From: Chlamydiales bacterium
GTDB lineage: Bacteria; Chlamydiota; Chlamydiia; Chlamydiales; JAAZZY01
Reading direction: 5' to 3'
NCBI GenBank assembly: GCA_965206695.1
Contig: CBDBKM010000008.1
Location: 96,001-160,000 of the forward strand
DNA length: 64,000 nt
The position numbers were made by a program, and so were the translations under genes. The notes under the pieces are model-generated. The model searched no databases and was not told the origin of the DNA. It was given only the letters and a program-made list of their open reading frames with translations. Shown here in pieces: positions 63,088 to 64,000 of this stretch (positions are counted from its first letter, which is position 1; each line of letters opens with the position of its first letter).

Positions 63088-64000
63088 TTAGGAGCTGTCA
63101 ACTGATCTAAGTACACTATTTAAAAACTCTTCAGCTAGATGCTTCCGTTCATATTTTTTCAATATGGCATCATTGGGACACAGTGACTCTTTCTCTAAGC
63201 CTTTAATTTCGTGAGACAAAAAGGTGCTAATCTCATTAAAGTCAGAAAAGAGATGCCCTGCCTGAGCTTCTAAGATAATTTTACCCCCATCTCTTATCCC
63301 ATCACCTAGTATCATAATAGGTGTTTTAGAAGAAATATACTCGAAAACTTGGCCTGTGGGTACCCCATCACTTGTCCATTCCAAAAAGCATAACATATGG
63401 ACATCTCTTTGAATCCTTAAAGCTTCCTCATGAGAAAGCATACCATGATGATTCACATATTCTAAAATATCGTATTTTTGCGCTAATTGAGTGATATACT
63501 CTTTTGTCGGACCCGCAAAGACTAATTCCAGCCTTTGGATAAAAGAATGGTTATAACTCTTTAAATCGCTAACAGCTTGAAATAAGGGCTCGATATTTTG
63601 TTTCCCTGCATAAATAGCGCCTGTATATGCGATTCGCCATTTGTCTGCCTTTTCAAAGAAATATTCCGAATTTAAACCTTGACGATCCGTTGGTTCAAAA
63701 CCATTCATAATCACGTCTACTTTTTTTAGATGATGGCGCTTTTCTAAAATTTTGGCAAAATGCAGAGAAACGGTCACCGCTTTATCAGCTTTAGCTATCA
63801 CCTTTTTCTCTAAAAACCATTCGAATATAGTAAATGGGAAGAAACCGGGATAAACCGGATTTTTGACCCAAAGATCTTGGAAATCTGCCACCCATTTATG
63901 AACGACTCCATTTTCTCTTAATTTCATAGCCAGTAAATGAGTCGTATAGGGCCCTGAAGTACTGAACACTAAATCCCAGGGCTTTAAAACCACTTCCTTT
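63088..64000 (-). CDS. GT4-like glycosyltransferase, 5' end outside window
   Basis: STSGPY, WVADFQDLW, IAYTGAIY, VFEYI; frame open to the edge. Confidence 0.8.
   Translation of the reverse strand, partial: KEVVLKPWDLVFSTSGPYTTHLLAMKLRENGVVHKWVADFQDLWVKNPVYPGFFPFTIFEWFLEKKVIAKADKAVTVSLHFAKILEKRHHLKKVDVIMNGFEPTDRQGLNSEYFFEKADKWRIAYTGAIYAGKQNIEPLFQAVSDLKSYNHSFIQRLELVFAGPTKEYITQLAQKYDILEYVNHHGMLSHEEALRIQRDVHMLCFLEWTSDGVPTGQVFEYISSKTPIMILGDGIRDGGKIILEAQAGHLFSDFNEISTFLSHEIKGLEKESLCPNDAILKKYERKHLAEEFLNSVLRSVDSS

Overview
AT-rich window from an environmental Chlamydiae (Chlamydiota) genome, inferred from the syntenic chlamydial type III secretion cluster at 4.4-17.7 kb (scc4-sctD-cdsE-sctF-cdsG-CT668-like-sctN-sctO-sctP-sctQ-pkn5-sctC). 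It also holds der, a SWIM-SNF2 helicase, a four-gene translocon-like operon with enlarged proteins (29.1-36.6 kb), an orphan OmpR-family regulator, TPR/DMT/vWA genes, rsmD-coaD, a MORN-repeat protein, rsmB, pgeF and an rml/gmhA sugar-nucleotide cluster. Mobile-element debris is abundant: IS1634, IS701, IS630 (two identical copies, one nested in an older IS630), IS5-like ends/MITE and three IS200/IS605 tnpB-derived loci. The best candidate for an undescribed system is an MNIO (DUF692)-DUF2063 RiPP locus whose Cys-rich precursor carries a lipoprotein lipobox and has a frameshifted paralog (53.8-56.1 kb). Other notable items are a HipT-like kinase remnant with a HipS-HTH fusion partner behind a promoter with twin operators, an orphan omega-RNA element abutting a transporter start codon, a homopolymer frameshift in rfbC, and apparent CCGG over-representation. 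All calls come from reading motifs by eye; no database searches were run. No rRNA, tRNA or CRISPR array was recognised.
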